Counted from the first letter of the whole stretch, positions 10,881 to 24,345 are shown. The stretch is DNA of 63,299 bases, filler included, from Folioceros fuciformis (GCA_049999805.1; 16 parts of 16 records of this genome joined end to end with filler, not necessarily neighbours in it), one strand, 5' to 3'. The notes: generated by a model from the letters alone, not told the origin. Translations and numbers: made by a program.

Positions 10881-13800
10881 TCAATGACCTGTAGTATAAC
10901 GTGAGATCATCCATGATCCTTGTTGCACATCTTGAAGTGAAACCCAGACAGGATCTGCAAAATCACGAAGTCTTACTAGATACTCTAGAACATTACCACG
11001 GACATAAGGCACTTCTCTTTCTGCTAGAAATTCAACAATCTCTTGCAGACTATGGTTATATTGAACCAGGATAACATAGTCTTTCCTGTTCATGTCGTCA
11101 TTCTCTTTCGAAATCACAAACGGTTTCAGCAAAGAGACATGAAACACATCATGAGAGAAGATCCAATTAGGCAGTTGTAGTTTGTAAGCCACATTCCCAA
11201 TGCGCTTTAGAACTACGAAAGGACCTCCATACTTAGACCTTAACTTTGGGGACAATCCTTGAGGTACTGGGAAGTGTTTCAACTTTACCCAAACCTTGTC
11301 ACCCACTTGAAATTCTGCCTCTTTCCTGTGCCTATCAGCAAACTTCTTTTGCCTGTCTTGAGCTTTGGCCAAAATCCTCTTAGCAATTTCATGCCTGGCG
11401 CTTAACTGCTCAATAAATTCACGTGGTTCTCTTGCTGCTGTCTCAAACACGTCAGCATTCAACATGGAAACTGCGTCCATTGCTTCGTTACCTGTCATCT
11501 GAAAAGGTGTATAGCCTGTGGAGCTATGTACAGTATTGTTATAACAAAACTCTGCATCCTCAAGATGATTACTCCAGTTCCTTTGGTCCATTTGTACATA
11601 GTGTCGTAAGTATTCCTCTTGGATTCTGTTTACTCTTTCTGTAGATCCATCTGTATCAGGATGATATGCTGTACTTAGACATAGTTGCACTCCCAAGCTC
11701 TTCATAAGCTGTTGCCAAATTTCCGCTGTGAATCTGGGATCTCTATCACTCACAATTTGCATAGGCAATCCATGTAACACATAGATGTGCTTCTTAAATA
11801 ATTGAGCAACTTCTAAAGCCTTCACTTGCTTCTTCGTGGGGATAAAGTGTGCTTGCTTGCTGAACCTATCAACAACTGTCATGATAGCTGTGTATCCATT
11901 ACTGGGTGGCAATGGCATAACAAAATCCATTGATATACTCTTCCAAGGCCCACTTGGAATAGGCAGGGGTTGCAACAAACCTCGTGGATTTGTCTGCTCT
12001 ACTTTATCCTGCTGACAGTCTACACAAGACTTCACATACTCTACAGTATGTTTGTACATTCCAGGCCAGTAAAACAGCTTCTTCAACTTCTCATAAGTTG
12101 TGTCAATTCCCCGATGACCAGCACTTAACACATCGTGACATTCTGCAAGCAACTTTTTTCTCAACTCTTGAGAATCAGGAATCACAATCCTGTTTTGCTT
12201 GAACATTAACAAGCCATTTCTAAGCTTAAACTTAGACCCCGGTTGCTCCATCTCGTTGATCCAATCTTGCACTAATGGATCGCGCAGGTAAGCCTCTTTA
12301 ATCTGCGTGTGAGTGTCCCTTGGCTCAATCACCATCCGCGTTGTAGCTAGTTTAGGATTCTTCAGCTTAAAAACAGACATTAAACTCAACTCCTGCTTGC
12401 GACTAAGAGCATCTGCCACGAGATTTTCCTTCCCTGGCTTGTACTTAATCTCCACATCATACATCGCTAGGAAATCTTGCCATCTTGCTTGTCTAGCATT
12501 TAGTCGCAGTTGATTAGAAAAGAAGCTTGTACTTACATTATCTGTGTACAGCACAAAAGATCTTCCGAGAAGATAGTGTCTCCAAATCTTGAGACAATTG
12601 ATGACGGCTGTCATCTCCTTCTCATATGTGGGGTATTTCCTCTCATGTTCATGCAACTTTCTTGATTCGTAAGCCACTGGCCTACCTTCTTGCATAAGCA
12701 CTCCTCCAATAGCTGTATCTGACGCATCAGTATACACTTCTATATATTTCTTTGGATCATAGATTGCTAGTACTGGGGTAGTGCTGAGTTTCAACTTGAG
12801 AAACTCGAATGCCCTTTGACATTCTTCATCCCACTTCCATGTCTTCACCTTCTTCAAGAGATCAGTTAATGGGGCAGCAATTTTGGCAAACATTGGTACA
12901 AATCTTCTGTACACGCTAGCCAATCCTAAAAACATACGCACTTCATGCACATTGCTTGGCGGTAGCCAACTCTGTATGGCTTTTACCTTACCAGGATCCA
13001 TCCTGATTCCATCAGCAGAGACAATGAATCCAAGGAAGTCTATTTCTTCCTTAACAAAGTCACACTTTGTTATAGCTAAGAACAAAGAATTTGCCCTTAA
13101 CCTTTCCAACACTTTCCTCAAGTGTTGGACATGCTCCTCTAAGGTNNNNNNNNNNNNNNNNNNNNNNNNNNNNNNNNNNNNNNNNNNNNNNNNNNNNNNN
13201 NNNNNNNNNNNNNNNNNNNNNNNNNNNNNNNNNNNNNNNNNNNNNTACTATTCATGAGAGTCTGAAATGTGGCTGGTGCATTAGTGAGTCCAAATGGCAT
13301 GACTAGAAATTCAAAAGATCCATACCTTGTCCTACAAGCAGTTTTGTATTCATGTCCTTCTGCGATGCGAATCTGGTAATAACCAGCCATCAAATCCAGT
13401 CTGGTAAAATACTTAGCACCTTTCAACCTGTCAAACATATCATCCATCCTTGGCAAAGGATAGGAATTTTTGACTGTTATCTGGTTGAGTGCTCTGTAAT
13501 CCAAGCATAACCTTAATCCTCCATTCTTCTTTCGCGTAAACAATACTGGCGCACCAAATGGGGATTTTGAGACTCTAACATAGCCCTTGGCTAACAAGTT
13601 AGACATTTGTCTCTTCAATTCTTGAAGCTCATCTAGTGACAATCTATATGGCGCTCTTGATGGCGGTACACTTCCTGGCTTTAGATCAATTTCATGATCT
13701 ACAACTCTCCGTTGAGGTAAAGGAGGTAACTCAGTAGGCATCAAGTCTTTAAACTCATCTAAGACATCCTGTATCTCCTTTGGAATCTTTGGTTGCTTCT

Positions 13801-14437
13801 GAGATCCCATCTCAAGACCATCTTCTAGTCCTTGCAACACCAACAAATAGAGTTCCTCTCCATTTTTGACACAACGCTTGAGCTCTTTCTTAGAGATGAC
13901 TTCATCAATCTTGTGCCCAAGCTGATGCTCAAGGACTGCACAACTCACTTTGTGCTTTTCATCTCCTACGATCTGTATGGTGCGTGAGTCCACGTCTACA
14001 CATACCTTATTGGCCTTCATCCATTCTAAGCCCAAGATGATTTCATGATCATCCATATCTACAACTGTGAAGCTTGCTTGTCCTGTCCAATTGCCTATCT
14101 GCAAAGGAACTTTTTCTAGCTGTCCTAAGAACTGCAGCTTTCCTTTTGCTTGTTTCACTGTACATGGCTCTGAAATACTAGCCCATGTCNNNNNNNNNNN
14201 NNNNNNNNNNNNNNNNNNNNNNNNNNNNNNNNNNNNNNNNNNNNNNNNNNNNNNNNNNNNNNNNNNNNNNNNNNNNNNNNNNNNNNNNNTTGCTGCTAGA
14301 TCAAGCAACATCTTCGCTTCTTCACGATTCACACATCCTTCTATATACATAAGCTCTCCACCTGCCCTATGAATAATGCTGTCCTCAGCATCTTGAGAGT
14401 CACCACATGTAGCCTGTGCAACATGTGGCCAATCCCG
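10881..14437 (-). CDS. pol: Chromovirus pol: PR-RT-RNase H-integrase-chromodomain (two N gaps)
   Basis: HHCC finger (CHD..GH...CVDC), D,D(35)E residues (SMDF, SDRD, TERVN), GPF motif, C-terminal chromodomain-like [22 protein letters not shown]; 746-aa stop-free stretch. Confidence 0.92.
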
Positions 14438-14859
14438 TCATTTGGGATTTTCAGATCCGGATACTTCTGTAATCCTGAGTCTTTGGGGCTGTGGGTTGTC
14501 TTGAACAACATTCAAAGATTGTTGAGTATTGGGGCATTCATTCGCGTAATGTCCCGGCTCTCCACAAGCAAAACAAACTCCTTTCCGAGAACCCATTGTC
14601 ACTGTTCTCTGAGGTCCGCGCCCCCTGCGCACTCCTTGATTTCTCCCACGGAAGCTCGCACTGGAGTTGCCTCTTGCAACTGTANNNNNNNNNNNNNNNN
14701 NNNNNNNNNNNNNNNNNNNNNNNNNNNNTTAATTAATTAANNNNNNNNNNNNNNNNNNNNNNNNNNNNNNNNNNNNNNNNNNNNAGTTGATCTTAACCAA
14801 TCTATTCAGATGTTGGGAGTAATACATTTAGTGCCTGTAATACATTTGTACACATCAAG

Positions 14860-15030
14860 CCGATAGATCTCCTTGTAGCGAATCCGTGGCTCTACTTCTT
14901 GGAACTTAGTTTTAAGAACCCATTTGCACTTGACAGTGGTCCTACCTTAGGCAGACTAACCAAAGTCCAAGTGTTGTTTTTAAGTAATGAGTTGTACTCA
15001 TCGTCAATAGCTAGCTTCCATTTGGCTCCC
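14860..15030 (-). mobile_element. Ty1/copia RT fragment
   Basis: KWKLAIDDEYNSLLKNNTWTLVSLP, then frameshifted CKWVLKTK. Confidence 0.8.
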
Positions 15031-15208
15031 TCGGGTATCGAGTATGGGTTAAAGGATCCCCCTATGCAGCAAAAGCACTTAAGGCATAGAGAGCATCCAA
15101 AGAATTAACATTAACTAGATGCGACCTGCCTGAGAGAGCAAATTCAAACACAGCATTCAGAAAGATCTGTCACACTAGCGATCATCGAGGCGGACTAAAT
15201 CCACTAAC

Positions 15209-16031
15209 CACTTCAAGTTTGATAAGAGGTAGCGAAGCACTTCGTATTCACCATAGTTGAATATGCGGGTGCCTGTATGTTTGTGACGCCCTCGCCGTCC
15301 TGCAATGCAAGGGTGAACTCAGCTGCTACAGTGAACGGGATGGTGAACGGACGAAAAAACAATCTCAGCATTCTGCACCAATCCTTGCAAGACAGTGCAC
15401 ACTAACCATCATGGAAGTAACAATCATTAGCACCATCGAATGCAGAAAGGCCAACCATCTCGTCTGCAGCCGCATATGAGTGGACTATGTCCATGATGAC
15501 AAACAGGCCCATTCCTGTTTCATCATGAACTCAAAACATGAGAAACGAAACGCTGACTTGATGTAAACTGGGCTTCAGTAGCAGGGTTGCAAGGAATGTC
15601 TAACGAACCATGGGCACTGTCAACCAGATGTTTGAAATCTTCTGGGGTTCCAAAGCGACTACTTACAGCGAACATATTCGTAACCTGCCCAGTTGGCAAA
15701 ATTCTGGACATTAAATGGGCGCAGAATAATCTCAACGAAGCTTCAAACATGAGGCACATGAAGAGCACAACAGGGTTGTACCTTATAGCCAGCACTTGCA
15801 TAGTCTACATGCTCCTGAATACCCATGAGCTGGACAGCGTTGTACCTAGACTTCTTGACATGAGGAAGAACCTATTTGTCATAAAACATGGTTTCTCAGA
15901 CTGCAAGCTACATACTACAGACATTCTGAGCAGGGCGCAAAACAAAGGCAACGAACCACCAGACTCAATCCATACTTGCCTTCGCAGTAAACTGTTGGAA
16001 CGTTGTTACACCAAGTTCTTCTCCACTTATT
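15209..16031 (-). CDS. SBE3: Starch branching enzyme 3 (BE1/SBE3-type GH13), five internal exons; possibly a pseudogene
   Basis: Exons 16031-15980, 15871-15782, 15684-15609, 15514-15407 and 15299-15209 splice in frame: [117 protein letters not shown]...LSNLKW. Confidence 0.88.
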
Positions 16032-16131
16032 NNNNNNNNNNNNNNNNNNNNNNNNNNNNNNNNNNNNNNNNNNNNTTAATTAATTAANNNNNNNNNNNNN
16101 NNNNNNNNNNNNNNNNNNNNNNNNNNNNNNN

Positions 16132-17795
16132 CCCTTGTTCAAGAGTTGTACGTGGATAGTCAAGTTCCAATTTTTGCCAGATTGCTTGAGTCCGTATATG
16201 CCCTTAATGAGTTTACATACTAAATGCTCCTTTCCTTTTACCTCATAACCCCCAGGTTGCTTCATGTATATTTCTTCTTTCAAGCGCCCATACAAGTATG
16301 TTGTCTTCACATCCATCATATGAAGTTCAAGATCATACTGGGCACACATAGCAAAAATCATACGAAGAGCAGCAAACTTAGCTACAGGAGCATAAGTGGC
16401 CCAAGGTATGTAGTCTAGTCCAGGGACTTGAGTAAAACCTCTAGCAACTAGACGTGCTTTATACCTTTCCACCGATCCATCTCCTTTTCTCTTTATCTTA
16501 AATACCCATTTGCTGGTTACTATTTTTCTACCCTTAGGAGGTTCAATTAATTTCCATGTAGAATTACTAATAAGGGAATTATACTCTGAGTCTACAGCTG
16601 CCTTCCGTAGATGTTTGGAGGGAGAGGAGAAGGCTTGTTTTAGGGTAAGAGGCTCTTCTAAGTCTACAGTGGCTGAATACACAGCTTGATTATAAAGAGA
16701 CTCAGGAAACTTAGAATCAAGAAAAATAGCAAGATATCCCAAAGGAGGTTCTTTCCAACTAGCAGGGCCGGAGATGAGTGGACGTGATCTAAGGTTGTAC
16801 CTTGGTGCAGGTGTATCTTCCACAGGAACTGGTTCATCTTCATGTTCTAAAGGGTCCATTTCTTCAACATCATTAGCTTCCAACTGATCATTGTCTTCTT
16901 GAACAGGAGGTATTGCATTTTCCGAAATGGCCTCAATGGGATCAAATGAATGTGGAAATTGCTCCTCCTCCTCCAGTGTGTCGGTGTCGGATGTGGGTGT
17001 GTCAGGACGCCGTTCAGGTCCTAATTCCTCCTCCTACATGACAGGTCCATCGAAGGGAAGTCGGAGAGCAGGATCAGGAAAATCCACAATATAGTCACTA
17101 GCATCAAAGGAAGAACATTCAGATTCTATATCTTTAGATGAAAGGTGAGAAGGCAAAACATCTCCTACTGAAGATGAAAATAGGGAATGTTCATGAAAAG
17201 TGACGCTGCGAGCATAGAGAAGTTTCTTAGTAGAAGGATCAAACAATTTATAACCCTTGATTCCTTCCGAATAACCAATAAAGGTATATTTTACGGCCTT
17301 TGGGTCGAACTTCCTTCTTAATGCCTTGGGGACAAATACATATGCCGGAGATCCAAAAATGCGGAGATGTTCTATGGAGGGCTTTCTGCCTATAAAGGCT
17401 TCATAAGGTGTCATATCTTGGACTGCTGAAGTGGGTAGTCGATTCATGAGATATGTGGCTGTGAGGAGTGCTTCGGCCCAATATACCTTAGGTAACTTTG
17501 CTTGGTTTAACAGGCAGCCAATAATCTCTTGAAGACGTAGATTCTTATTTTCAGCTACGTCATTTTGTTGCGGAGTATAAACAACAGTAAGTTGTTGAGC
17601 AATACCGCGAAGGCGACAAAAATCCGTAAATTGATTGGAAGTGAATTCGCCACCACTATCAGAACGTAAGGTTTTGAGTTTCTTCTCAGTTAACCTCTCA
17701 GCCCATACCATATAGTCCTGGAAGTAACGATAAACATCTCCTTTATGACTTAAGATATAAGTAAGGGTAAACCGAGAGTAGTCGTCGATGAAGGT
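16132..17795 (-). mobile_element. Ty1/copia pol fragment (integrase-RT), decayed
   Basis: LRSDSGGEF, YTPQQN, SKWVFKIK, YKARLVARGF, IYGLKQS. Confidence 0.92.
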
Positions 17796-17836
17796 TGTGG
17801 AGGCAAAACCCCGGGCACTGATTGCCGACGGGTTCC
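17796..17836. repeat. Terminus of high-copy LTR family 'TGTGGAGGCAAAACC' inserted in copia integrase
   Basis: Near-identical to sequence starting at 31711 and 47277 and to the reverse complement ending at 46151. Confidence 0.85.
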
Positions 17837-18608
17837 NNNNNNNNNNNNNNNNNNNNNNNNNNNNNNNNNNNNNNNNNNNNTTAATTAATTAANNNNNNNN
17901 NNNNNNNNNNNNNNNNNNNNNNNNNNNNNNNNNNNNATAAAAGAACCAATCTTGCACGCTACTCCTCGCTTCCGTCTCTGACACGTATCGACGGCGTCGA
18001 TCGTGCCTTGGCGCTTATGCAGCGCCTGCGCCGACTTCGGCGCATTTGCCAACTATGGCACATTTGCCAACTACAGCATCCTCGCCGCGGCAGCCGCGGC
18101 TTGGCCAGTGCCCTGGCCCACGACGCCTGTGCTTGGCCATGCCTCGGCGACACCCACGGACTGGCCGCGTCACGGCCATGCCTCAGCTGACGCCCCTGCG
18201 GCACACGGGTGGGGTGCCTGGGGCCCCCCCTGTGCGCCGGGCCTGGTGCCCCCTTGTCCGGGGCCTAGCTGCCCCCGACGGGCTGGCAGCACCTTGCAGC
18301 CGCAGAGGCCTGGTGGCACCCCGCCTGTGCCACAGCTCCCTAGCCTAGTGCCTGCGCCTGCCGGTGCCCCACGACCGTGCTCCTAGGCTCCTCGCTATGT
18401 GGCCCCCTTGGCGCCGGCGCCCGTGCCTTGTGGCACCCGAGCCTGTGAGCCTGGTGCGGATTGCGCCCGGGGCGGACACTCCTCCCGGCACCTTCATTTC
18501 CGGTGCCCTTCTTGTATGCCTTTCTTCATAGCCGCCTTACGCACCACCTCGTCCGTAGCAGCTAGTGCCCTCACCATCTTCCTCTACAACCCACGCTCTG
18601 ATACCAGT

Positions 18609-18930
18609 TGAAGGAACACTAGAGCCACATGGTGAAGGAGGAGAGGGGGAAGCAAGGAGGAGAGGAGAAAGAGAGGTCACACTGTCACAATTTCTCAATA
18701 GCAAGGGAGCTCAAGGGTAGAGAATTTACAAGGATTGTGTAAGATTAAATTATAGCGCCGGAGGCAGAATGTTTAAATGGTTCATGTGACGAACCGTCAC
18801 ACTGCTTATCTATGGGTTGTGACCGTCTATGACAGGTCACGACTAATGACTAATAACTCAACTGTGCCCTAAGTAGCTACTTGTATAATAATATAATTTA
18901 GGGCTAGACGAAACGTGCCCTAAATTTCCA
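18609..18930 (-). repeat. Copia LTR (TG...CA) with PPT on one side and iMet PBS on the other
   Basis: PBS (GCTCTGATACCA on +) at ~18595-18606; PPT TTGAGTGGGAGTAG on minus at 18931-18944. Confidence 0.75.
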
Positions 18931-21900
18931 CTACTCCCACTCAACAGCTACGTTGCAGCATTGAGTTAGGTCATCAATTTTAATTCTGGTGTTTGTGGAC
19001 GGCGGCTTCACTCCGTTGATCCTCTAAGTGCTTCTTTTGTTGATGAAGTCCATAGCTTTCCAGTGTTCTATCTTGTACAGCCTTCAAGCAAGGAAAGTGC
19101 CTTTTTCATGCAGATATGTGACTGCTCTTCTACTTCAACCCTTTTGGCTAAGTCTTCCTATGCATACTTTCCACATCTAGGATGTTTAGTTTAGTCAGAT
19201 GTCAGATGTGCAGATCCTTGGGAAAAGGTTTTGTCAAAATATCTGCAGGATTATTATGTGTAGGAACGTAGTCTAAGACAATCTGTCTAGCTGCCAGGAT
19301 TTCACGAATGATGTCATATTCTATAGCAACATGCTTGGTTTGACTGTGAAATACCGGGTTTTGAGCAAGGGCGATTGCTCCTTGACTATCACAGTTCAGG
19401 CAAGTGGCTTCTATCTATATCTGATTGAGTTCTTTTAGAATCGCTTGCTGCCATATGATGTCCTTGGCTGCCATTGTCAAAACTCTATATTCAGATTTAG
19501 TGGTCGACAATGCAACAGTAGGTTGCTTCCGGCTACCCTAGCTCACTGGGCCATCTACCAAGGTAAGAACATGTCCTGAGACAGACTTTCTGCTGTCGAG
19601 GTCTCTTGCATAGTCTACATCTCCATATGCTTCTAACTGTAGCTTCCGGTTCTGTGTTGAGTTGCCATTGTATAGAATTCCATACCCAGCTATCCCCTTA
19701 AGATATCGGAAGATCCGTTTGACAGCAGTCCAGTGTTCCTTTCCGAGATTTACCATAAATTGGGACACGTTGCTCACTGCGTACGACACGTCTAGTCTAC
19801 TCACATTTCTCAAATAAATGTGTCCCAACCGCATTCCTGTATGGAGTTCCTGACATCTCGTGCTTTTCTTCATATGTTGTTGGTGACATTGCCTTGCACA
19901 ATTTTTTGCCTGTCGGAAGTGGTGTCGAGGATGAATTTGCATCCTTGAGTCCCAACTTCCTCAGATAGTTATTTCCATACTTTTTCTGATGTATGGAAAG
20001 TGTTCTCTTCTGCCTGTTTCTTTCTACATGAAAACCTAGACAGTATTCGAGGACACCGAGATCTGACATTTCAAAATCTTGTTTAAGTGTTGACTTAATG
20101 ATTTCTAACACTTGAGTGCTACTTGCAGCAACAAATAGATCATCTACATATATGACTATGTAGATGTACTCCGTGCCTTCTTGTTTAGTGTAAAGACTCA
20201 CATCTGAAATGCTTCTCAAAAACTTTTGATTAACAAGGAAGTCATGAATTCGTGCGTTCCATGCACGGGGACTTTGTTTAAGTCCATAAATGGTCTTTAC
20301 TAACCTGCAAACCTTGTGTTTTTGCTCTTTTTCAGCATAGCTTGGTGGCTGAAGCATGAAGATTTCCTCCTCGAGCTTTCTGTGAAGAAACACAGTCTTC
20401 ACGTCCATCATGTGCAACTCCCAGTCGAGTTGTGCTGTCAGGGAGAAGATGGTGCGCAATGTCTGGAATTTTGCCACAGGTGCAAAGGTTTCATGAGAGT
20501 CTAGTCCAGGGACTTGGCTGAAACCCATGGGAACCAACCTTGCTTTATACCTGCCCACAGTTGCATCCGCTGCCATCTTCCTTTTGAACACCCATTTACA
20601 AGATACTGGGCTCCTTCCTTTTGGTAGATCAAAGAGAACCCAAGTCTTATTTTGCAGCGATGACTCATACTCGGATTTTACTGCCTGTTCCCAATTTTCT
20701 TTTTCTGGCCCTTGCGTAGCTTCTTGAAGGCTTTGAGGCTCTGGGTCCATAGGACCATCTGCTGCCATCACCTGTGCCATGAAGGTTAATGACATTGATG
20801 AGTCATCTTGTTCTAGGTCTACACTGTGTGTCTTCGTGTTTGGTGTGGTGTCAATGGACATATCCTGACATTCCTCCTTTTTCTATGATAGGAGCACTTG
20901 GAGAAGGTGTTGGTATAGGCGCGACTGTCTGCCTTGCTCGTGACCTGGACATGGATGAAGTTCTAAAGTCATCCTGAACGAGTCTATCCAGAGGCCTCCT
21001 AGATCTCTCGTCTCGGGTCAGATACCTAGGTTCCTCCGGAATCTGCACAAGCTTAGGAGAGGAATTCCGATTAGCTGCTTGCACGTCTTCTATTCCTCCT
21101 TCATGGATCTCATCTCCTTCAGACTCTTTGACTGAATCATCCAACGCCTGAATTTCCTTGTCTATACTATTGTGCTCAGACTGATCAAAGAGTGATCGTG
21201 GCTGCAGATGCAAGTCCTGGCTAGACACACTCTTAGTGGTGGTCCAGAAGTTATGTGTGTCCTCATCCTTCGAAATCTCCTTCAGTGGTTTTGGCAAATT
21301 TTTGTAAACTCCCACTAGTCCTTGCAGCAGCCTTGCTTTGTCAAAGGTAACCGACCTAGCATACACCATTGCTCTTGTATTTGGATCAAATAGCTTATAG
21401 GCCTTAATTCCTTCGGTATAGCCTATAAAAATATACCTGCGAGCCTTAAATTCTAACTTTAGTCTTTTCTCCTTTGGCACTAGGGCATCCCAGGAATTTC
21501 GAAGGTGTAATTCAAAACCTTCAGTGGGTCTGGGAAGTCTTCCTTCAACTATTTCTCAGAGATCGTGCTGACGCAAAGCTCCTTTCATCCGTATGGCCCA
21601 AACATAATAATTCTTTCCATTGAATCTGTCCTTCTCTTTAAAGCTGTCACCATAATGAGTAATCAAAGTTTGACTAGTACTCCCAGGAGGATCCTTCAAG
21701 GGTTTAGTTGGTGACGCTGAAACTTCTTCTTCTTCAATATTAAATACTCCAGCCATAGCAGGTGATCTAAAGGACTAAGCCTCGACGGTACAGCTTTCCA
21801 TCTTCTCTATTGCAAGATCGGAACTCTTCCCTGACACGGTAACCATAATGGACTTTCCGTGTTCTTGTTGTCTTGTAGGTCAATATCTTTTCCCAATTCT

Positions 21901-22135
21901 AAGCCTCCTCCTACTAAAAGAAATTAAGTCCATAAAGAGAGGAAGAAGAATTAGTGCATAAAAGCATTTTTAGAGAAGAGATATTTGCATGAGAAGAAAA
22001 CATAAAAGAGCGACAATATTAGAAGAAGCACAATCCATCTAGCAAGATGCTAGAGTGGAAAAATGTCTCCTAGATGCGCTCCTTAGATGCTTGAAGCTGC
22101 ACTTGCATAATAGAGAGCAAGAAGCTCTGATACCA
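18931..22135 (-). mobile_element. Decayed, internally deleted Ty1/copia internal region
   Basis: PBS 22124-22135; gag start EKDRFNGKNYYVW (21756-21556); abrupt jump to integrase C-terminus (21480); RT with YVDD; RNase H remnants with stops and frameshifts. Confidence 0.9.
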
Positions 22136-22424
22136 TGATGAAAATCTAGCCTTGCTCTTAGATGCAAATCTTAGAATGTAATAGAATATTATGAAGTAAA
22201 GTACAAGCCTTTATATAGGCTAGGTGGTTGAGGTGGTTGGGCGGTTACAACTATAAGTTGTTGTAACTGAAAGTAGTTGAAACTATAAGTAGTTGCAACC
22301 ATAAGTAGTTGCAACTACTAACTACCTAGATTTACTATAAAGTAATTAGTTAACGTCCTTGACGTGAATAACCCAAAATCTACAACCCTAATGAATAGTG
22401 CCCTAAACTAGTTATATTTTATCA
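22136..22424 (-). repeat. Copia 5' LTR
   Basis: TGATGAAAAT...ATTTTATCA imperfect terminal inverted repeat, adjacent PBS, TATA-like motif near 22211; abuts gypsy RT. Confidence 0.75.
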
Positions 22425-23962
22425 CTCCTATCGTGGTAGTGTCCAAGAAACAGCCGGGGAAGGTCAGGGTCTACTAGGACTTCCGTAAACTGAATGAGGC
22501 CACCAAGAAGGATCACCACCCTTTGCCCTTCTTGGACAATGTGTTGGATACCGTAGCGGGCCACGAGATGTACAGCTTCCTGGACGGGTATTCTGGCTAC
22601 AATCAGATTTCTCTGCGAAAAGAAGATCAGGAGAAGACCACCATCACGACAGATTGGGGAACCTTTGCGTACTCTAAGCTTCCTTTCGGTCTCTGCAATG
22701 CCCCCGCGATCTTTCAGAGAGTGGTGAATACCATTTTCAAGGACTTGCTCCGAAAGATCATGGAAGTCTTCTTAGATGACTTTTGCGTATCTGGGAAGCG
22801 AGAACTGCACCTGGATCACCTACGGAAGTGTTTGCAGAGGTGCCGGGAAACAAATCTCAAGCTCCACCCTGGCAAGTGCTACTTCGGGATGACGGAAGGC
22901 ATCCTGCTGGCTCATCGAGTGTCAGCACAAGAACTACAGGTGGACCACGAGAAGGTCAAAGTAATCGCTGAGATGGACGCCCCGCAAAACGTGAGACAGG
23001 TGCGCGCCTTTGCCGGTTTGGTAGGGTACTACCGCCGCTTCGTCTGCAACTTTGCCAAGAAGGCTGCTCCTCTTACCCAGCTCACCAAGAAAGACGTCCC
23101 TTTTGAGTGGACCACTGAGAGGCAAGCAGCATTCCAAGAATTGAAGGCAGGCCTGGTTCAGGCACCAACGCTACAACCTTCGAACTGGGAGAAGACGTTC
23201 CACGTGGACATGGATGTGTTCGCTTACGCCATCGGCACTGTTCTCAGCCAGCGGGACGCACAAAGTCGCAACCATCCCATCTTTTACGCTAGCAGGCAGC
23301 TGGCTAATGCAAAACGAAATTATTCAACGACCGAACGAGAAGCGTTGGGCATCATCTATGCCTACAAGAAATTCCGACATTACCTCTTGGCATGCAAGGC
23401 AATGTTCCATGTGGATCACTTTGCATTGAAATACTTGGTCAACAAGCCGGACCTTTCGGGAAGAATCGCCAGGTGGGTCCTACTCCTCCAGGAATACGAC
23501 TTCGAAGTGGAAACTCGAGCGGGGAAGAAACATGTCAACGCAGACTTCCTTTCAAGACTTAAGACGAGCGGAAGGGTGCGAGATACGGATGACCGTTTCC
23601 CTGACGAAGAACTAGTGGCATTGATCAACGACGAGAACAAACCTACTCAGGTGGGTCCTCAAGGGAGTTTGACAGAAGTACCCAATGTTGAGGCTTGCGG
23701 AGAATCACCATCTCAAGGAGGGGTGCAAGCCACTGTGATCGGAGATCCCCCGACCGCCCATCGACACCAGGGAAGAAGTCGCGGAGCCACCCGTGCACGA
23801 CGACGCACCCGGGAGGAACGAATTGGCCGTTCGGGAACCGGGCCGCCCACCTATCAAGAAGTTCGTCAATTCCTGGCCCATGGGGTTATTCCCATCGACC
23901 TGAGCAGGGAAGGGTGAGCCGTTTTTCTACATAAGGTAGGACCCTATTGCCTGAAGCACGAG
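22425..23962 (+). mobile_element. Non-chromovirus gypsy (Athila-like) RT-RNase H fragment
   Basis: PIVVV..K, FLDGYSGYNQI, PFGLCNAP, FLDD, YASRQL..RNYSTTERE, RIARWVLLLQEY. Confidence 0.92.
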
Positions 23963-24345
23963 NNNNNNNNNNNNNNNNNNNNNNNNNNNNNNNNNNNNNN
24001 NNNNNNTTAATTAATTAANNNNNNNNNNNNNNNNNNNNNNNNNNNNNNNNNNNNNNNNNNNNTGGTCTTGGAGCAGTTGCCTCTATGTCTATTGCTTTAT
24101 GGTTCATCTTCCTTGTACTGTCCTTTCCTTTTACATATTATCAATGCCAAGTTAACCAGCTGAATGAGGACAATCTTCAAAGTGCTGCAAATACGTTCTA
24201 TGCTCAAAGGTAGTGCGTCTCAACTCTTCATTCTTCTCAGTAGATCACGGGAGCTGGTAAGCGATCTGTCTCATGCACGTGAAACTTGACTACTGAAAGG
24301 AATTAAAGCCTATCGATCGTGGCAAGCTTTGCCGTCGTGAAAATT

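Larger units (their letters stand above)
7519..14684 (-). mobile_element. Ty3/gypsy chromovirus (Galadriel-like), ~1.35 head-to-tail copies sharing one LTR
   Basis: Order gag-PR-RT-RH-INT-chromodomain; RNase H signature [20 protein letters not shown]...QARWQDFLA; sequence from 7519 recurs from 12808. Confidence 0.92.
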
